Part shown: positions 14,759 to 16,997 of the stretch, piece by piece
How positions within the stretch are numbered: the stretch's first letter is position 1
Layout of the letters: every line of letters begins with the position of its first letter
Assembly (NCBI GenBank): GCA_037441385.1
Contig: JBBISH010000127.1
Span: 1 to 16,997, forward strand
Source of the DNA: Myxococcales bacterium
Lineage (GTDB): Bacteria; Myxococcota_A; UBA9042
Direction: 5' to 3'
DNA length: 16,997 nucleotides
Made by a program: the position numbers and the translations under genes
The notes under the pieces: model-generated
Databases searched by the model: none
What the model saw: the letters and a program-made list of their open reading frames with translations, nothing else
Told to the model about the DNA's origin: nothing

Positions 14759-16681
14759 GTGAATCGTCGCCTGGATCCCGACGCCGTCCCGACCGAGCCG
14801 CTGGGCTGGCTCCCCGACCGCGGGCTGTTTCGCTTGGTAGCGCCGCGGGCCCAGCGCGTCTGGCTGGTCGAGCGCCGCCATCCCGATGACGCGGCCAGCG
14901 AACGCGTGCTGGCGATGCAGCCGCGGCGCGCCCCGCACCAGCAATTTTGGGAGGCCCACGACCCGCAACCGCTCAAGTTCTATCGCTTTCGTGTGGAGCA
15001 AGCCGGGCAAGTCGCCGAGGTGGCCGATCCGCGCGCGCAGGCCGTGGCGAGACAATGGGCCGCGGGCAACCCGGCTTGGAGCGTGGCACAGGAGTCCACG
15101 TTTGACTGGCGCGGCGATGTGCGGCCCGCACTGCCGGTGCAGGAGATGGTGGTCACCGAGCTACATGTGCGTGATTTTACAGCGCATCCCAGCGCCGGCG
15201 TGCGTCATCCCGGCACCTACCTGGGCGCGGCCGAGCTGGTGACCGATCGCGTGGCTGGCCTGGCGGCGCTGCGTGAACTGGGTGTCAATGCTGTGGAATT
15301 TCTGCCAGTGACGTCGTTCCCTGCGCTGGAAGGCGTAGCGCCGTGGAACCCGACCGGGCGCAACCACTGGGGCTACATGCCGTCATTTTGGCTGGCGGCG
15401 TCCGAGCGCTACAGCCTGGCCGGCGCGGATCCCAAGCCCGGTCAATGGGTTGGCGTAGGCGACGACGGCAGCTTTTCGGACCCCGGCGATGAGCTGCGCG
15501 AGTTGATCCGTACGCTGCACGCCCAGGGCATCGCGGTCATCGTCGACTTGGTGTTCAACCACGTGTCCGTATGCGACCACAACCCGCTTTGCGACCTGGA
15601 TCCGGGCACCTGGCGGGTGCGGCAGCGCGACGGAAGCCTACGCAACAAGTCGGGTTGCGGGCACGACATCGATGGCCGCGACCCGGTGATGCGCCAGCTC
15701 ATCGTCGACGCCGCCGTGCACTGGCTGCGCAGCTATCGCGTGGACGGCGTTCGCTTGGATCTGGCCGAAATCCTGGATGATCGCGTCTTGGCCCTCCTGC
15801 GCGACAGCTGCCGCGAGGTCTACAGCCGGGCGCTCCTCATCGCCGAGCCGTGGAGCATGGGCGGCTACCGGCCCGAGCGCCTGGCAGAGCTGGGCTGGAC
15901 CGTGTGGAACGACAAGTTTCGCAACGGCTTTTTGGGCAACGACCCGAGCCACGGTCGCGGCTGGGTGCTGGGCCGGAGCGAGGCCGGTGTGGGTCGCGAA
16001 CAGTTGCCAGCGCTTCTGGCCGGCTGGCCACGCTCGCTGGGCGGTGCGCTGCCGCAACCCCAATTCGCTTTGAATTATGTAGAGTCGCACGACGACCATA
16101 CCTCGGCGGACTTGCTGCGACTGGCGCTGGGGCTAGCCAAGGCCCCGCTGCGGCGCAGCGATTTGACGCCGCTGCCGCCCGCCCTGCTGCGCCGGCTGAA
16201 GCTGTTGGCTGCGGCGCTCTTGCTGGCGCGCGGTCCGGTGATGCTGGCCCAGGGCCAAGAGTGGGGTCGTGCCAAATTGCGGCCCGAAGACGGCGTGTTG
16301 GATGGCAACGCCTATTGCCGCGACGACAGCACCAACCATCTGGACTGGCGCGAGCGCGAGCAGGCCCGCGAGCTGGTCGAGTACTATCGGCGGCTTCTGC
16401 AGGTGCGGCGCGACTGGCTGCACGACGCCTTTGCGTCGCCGGCGCCCCTGCTAGTTCTGCGCGGCGACCGTTTGTGGACGCTGGGTTACACGGCGGCGAC
16501 CAGCCGTGGCACCGTGGCCGTGCTGCTCAGCGGCGAGCAAGAGAGCGATGGCTGGTTCGAGCTACCGGGCGGGCCGTGGTGGACGCTGCTGGGCTCGGAA
16601 AACTGTGAAATCATTCCTAATCAGTCGGGTGTGGTGGTGCGGGTGGCGGCTTGCTCGGCGGTGGTGCTGTGGGGTGGCTAG
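14759..16681 (+). CDS. GH13 pullulanase/isoamylase-like glycogen debranching enzyme
   Basis: ELHVRDFT, LGVNAVEFLP, NHWGY, DLVFNH, catalytic DGVRLDLA, IAEPW, NYVESHDD, MLAQGQEWGR..., GNAY..D..TNHLDW. Probable GTG start at 14759 after AAGGTGA; TTG at 14744 is the alternative. Confidence 0.88.
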   Translation: MNRRLDPDAVPTEPLGWLPDRGLFRLVAPRAQRVWLVERRHPDDAASERVLAMQPRRAPHQQFWEAHDPQPLKFYRFRVEQAGQVAEVADPRAQAVARQWAAGNPAWSVAQESTFDWRGDVRPALPVQEMVVTELHVRDFTAHPSAGVRHPGTYLGAAELVTDRVAGLAALRELGVNAVEFLPVTSFPALEGVAPWNPTGRNHWGYMPSFWLAASERYSLAGADPKPGQWVGVGDDGSFSDPGDELRELIRTLHAQGIAVIVDLVFNHVSVCDHNPLCDLDPGTWRVRQRDGSLRNKSGCGHDIDGRDPVMRQLIVDAAVHWLRSYRVDGVRLDLAEILDDRVLALLRDSCREVYSRALLIAEPWSMGGYRPERLAELGWTVWNDKFRNGFLGNDPSHGRGWVLGRSEAGVGREQLPALLAGWPRSLGGALPQPQFALNYVESHDDHTSADLLRLALGLAKAPLRRSDLTPLPPALLRRLKLLAAALLLARGPVMLAQGQEWGRAKLRPEDGVLDGNAYCRDDSTNHLDWREREQARELVEYYRRLLQVRRDWLHDAFASPAPLLVLRGDRLWTLGYTAATSRGTVAVLLSGEQESDGWFELPGGPWWTLLGSENCEIIPNQSGVVVRVAACSAVVLWGG

Positions 16682-16870
16682 ACTCGCAGCGCGCCAGATG
16701 ATCCCGACACGCTCCTACAGAGCAGATCAATTTGGACTTTCTCCGCGCATCCGAGCCGTCGAACTCGGCGCGGCGAGTCGCGATGGGCGCTCGCTTGCGC
16801 CCCACTTGGGGTTAGAGACGCGACCGGCAGAGCGAGTTACGGAGCGAATGTCCAGTACTTGGTCGGGTTT

Positions 16871-16923
16871 CTAGTACGCCAAGTCGCAAATTCGCGGTGG
16901 GTTGGCATTCCTTGGCGTACTAG
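16871..16923. mobile_element. 53-bp MITE-like element with perfect 13-bp terminal inverted repeats
   Basis: CTAGTACGCCAAG (16871-16883) and CTTGGCGTACTAG (16911-16923) are exact reverse complements around a 27-nt spacer. Both ends carry CTAG. Confidence 0.6.
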
Positions 16924-16969
16924 GCGGCGAAAGCCGCACGCGGGGGTCGCAGGGGGCGGCGCGCCCCCT
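16924..16969. repeat. GC-rich double hairpin palindromic element
   Basis: GCGGC/GAAA/GCCGC (16924-16937) and AGGGGGCG/GCG/CGCCCCCT (16951-16969). Confidence 0.6.
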
Positions 16970-16997
16970 TAACTTGCTGAAAAGGCTAGTACTGCAA

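Noticed and set aside
13361..15055. 564-aa minus-strand ORF
   Set aside because: Antisense shadow of glgB and the GH13 gene.
16682..16870. Possible further IS-end or REP remnants (e.g. minus-strand GTAGGAGCGTGTC at ~16706-16718)
   Set aside because: No partner inverted repeat or palindrome was found, so it cannot be supported from this window.

Overview
High-GC bacterial DNA that looks like Myxococcota/deltaproteobacterial sequence (inferred from the gene families, not established). Left: the 3' end of a repeat/beta-propeller-like protein and a convergent lipoprotein carrying a Nir/RdgB-type LNS2 (HAD) domain with an intact DxDxT motif. Middle (~1.7-9.15 kb): an accessory block with a fused Type IIG-like restriction-modification gene, a tightly linked TPR + Zn-ribbon gene of unknown function, an orphan DUF433 antitoxin-like gene and a helical hypothetical protein. 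The block is bordered on both sides by GGNTCN-type hexamer repeats and REP-like hairpins. Right: a stand-alone 2-oxoacid-dehydrogenase E2-like acyltransferase domain lacking the catalytic His, a divergent SatP/YaaH-family transporter, a cysteine-rich repeat lipoprotein, glgB and a GH13 debranching-type enzyme. The window ends in palindromic/MITE-like elements with CTAGTAC ends. No rRNA, tRNA, CRISPR array or intact transposase/integrase was seen. The best candidate for an undescribed system is the RM + TPR/Zn-ribbon pair and its repeat-bounded block, but this is inference only.
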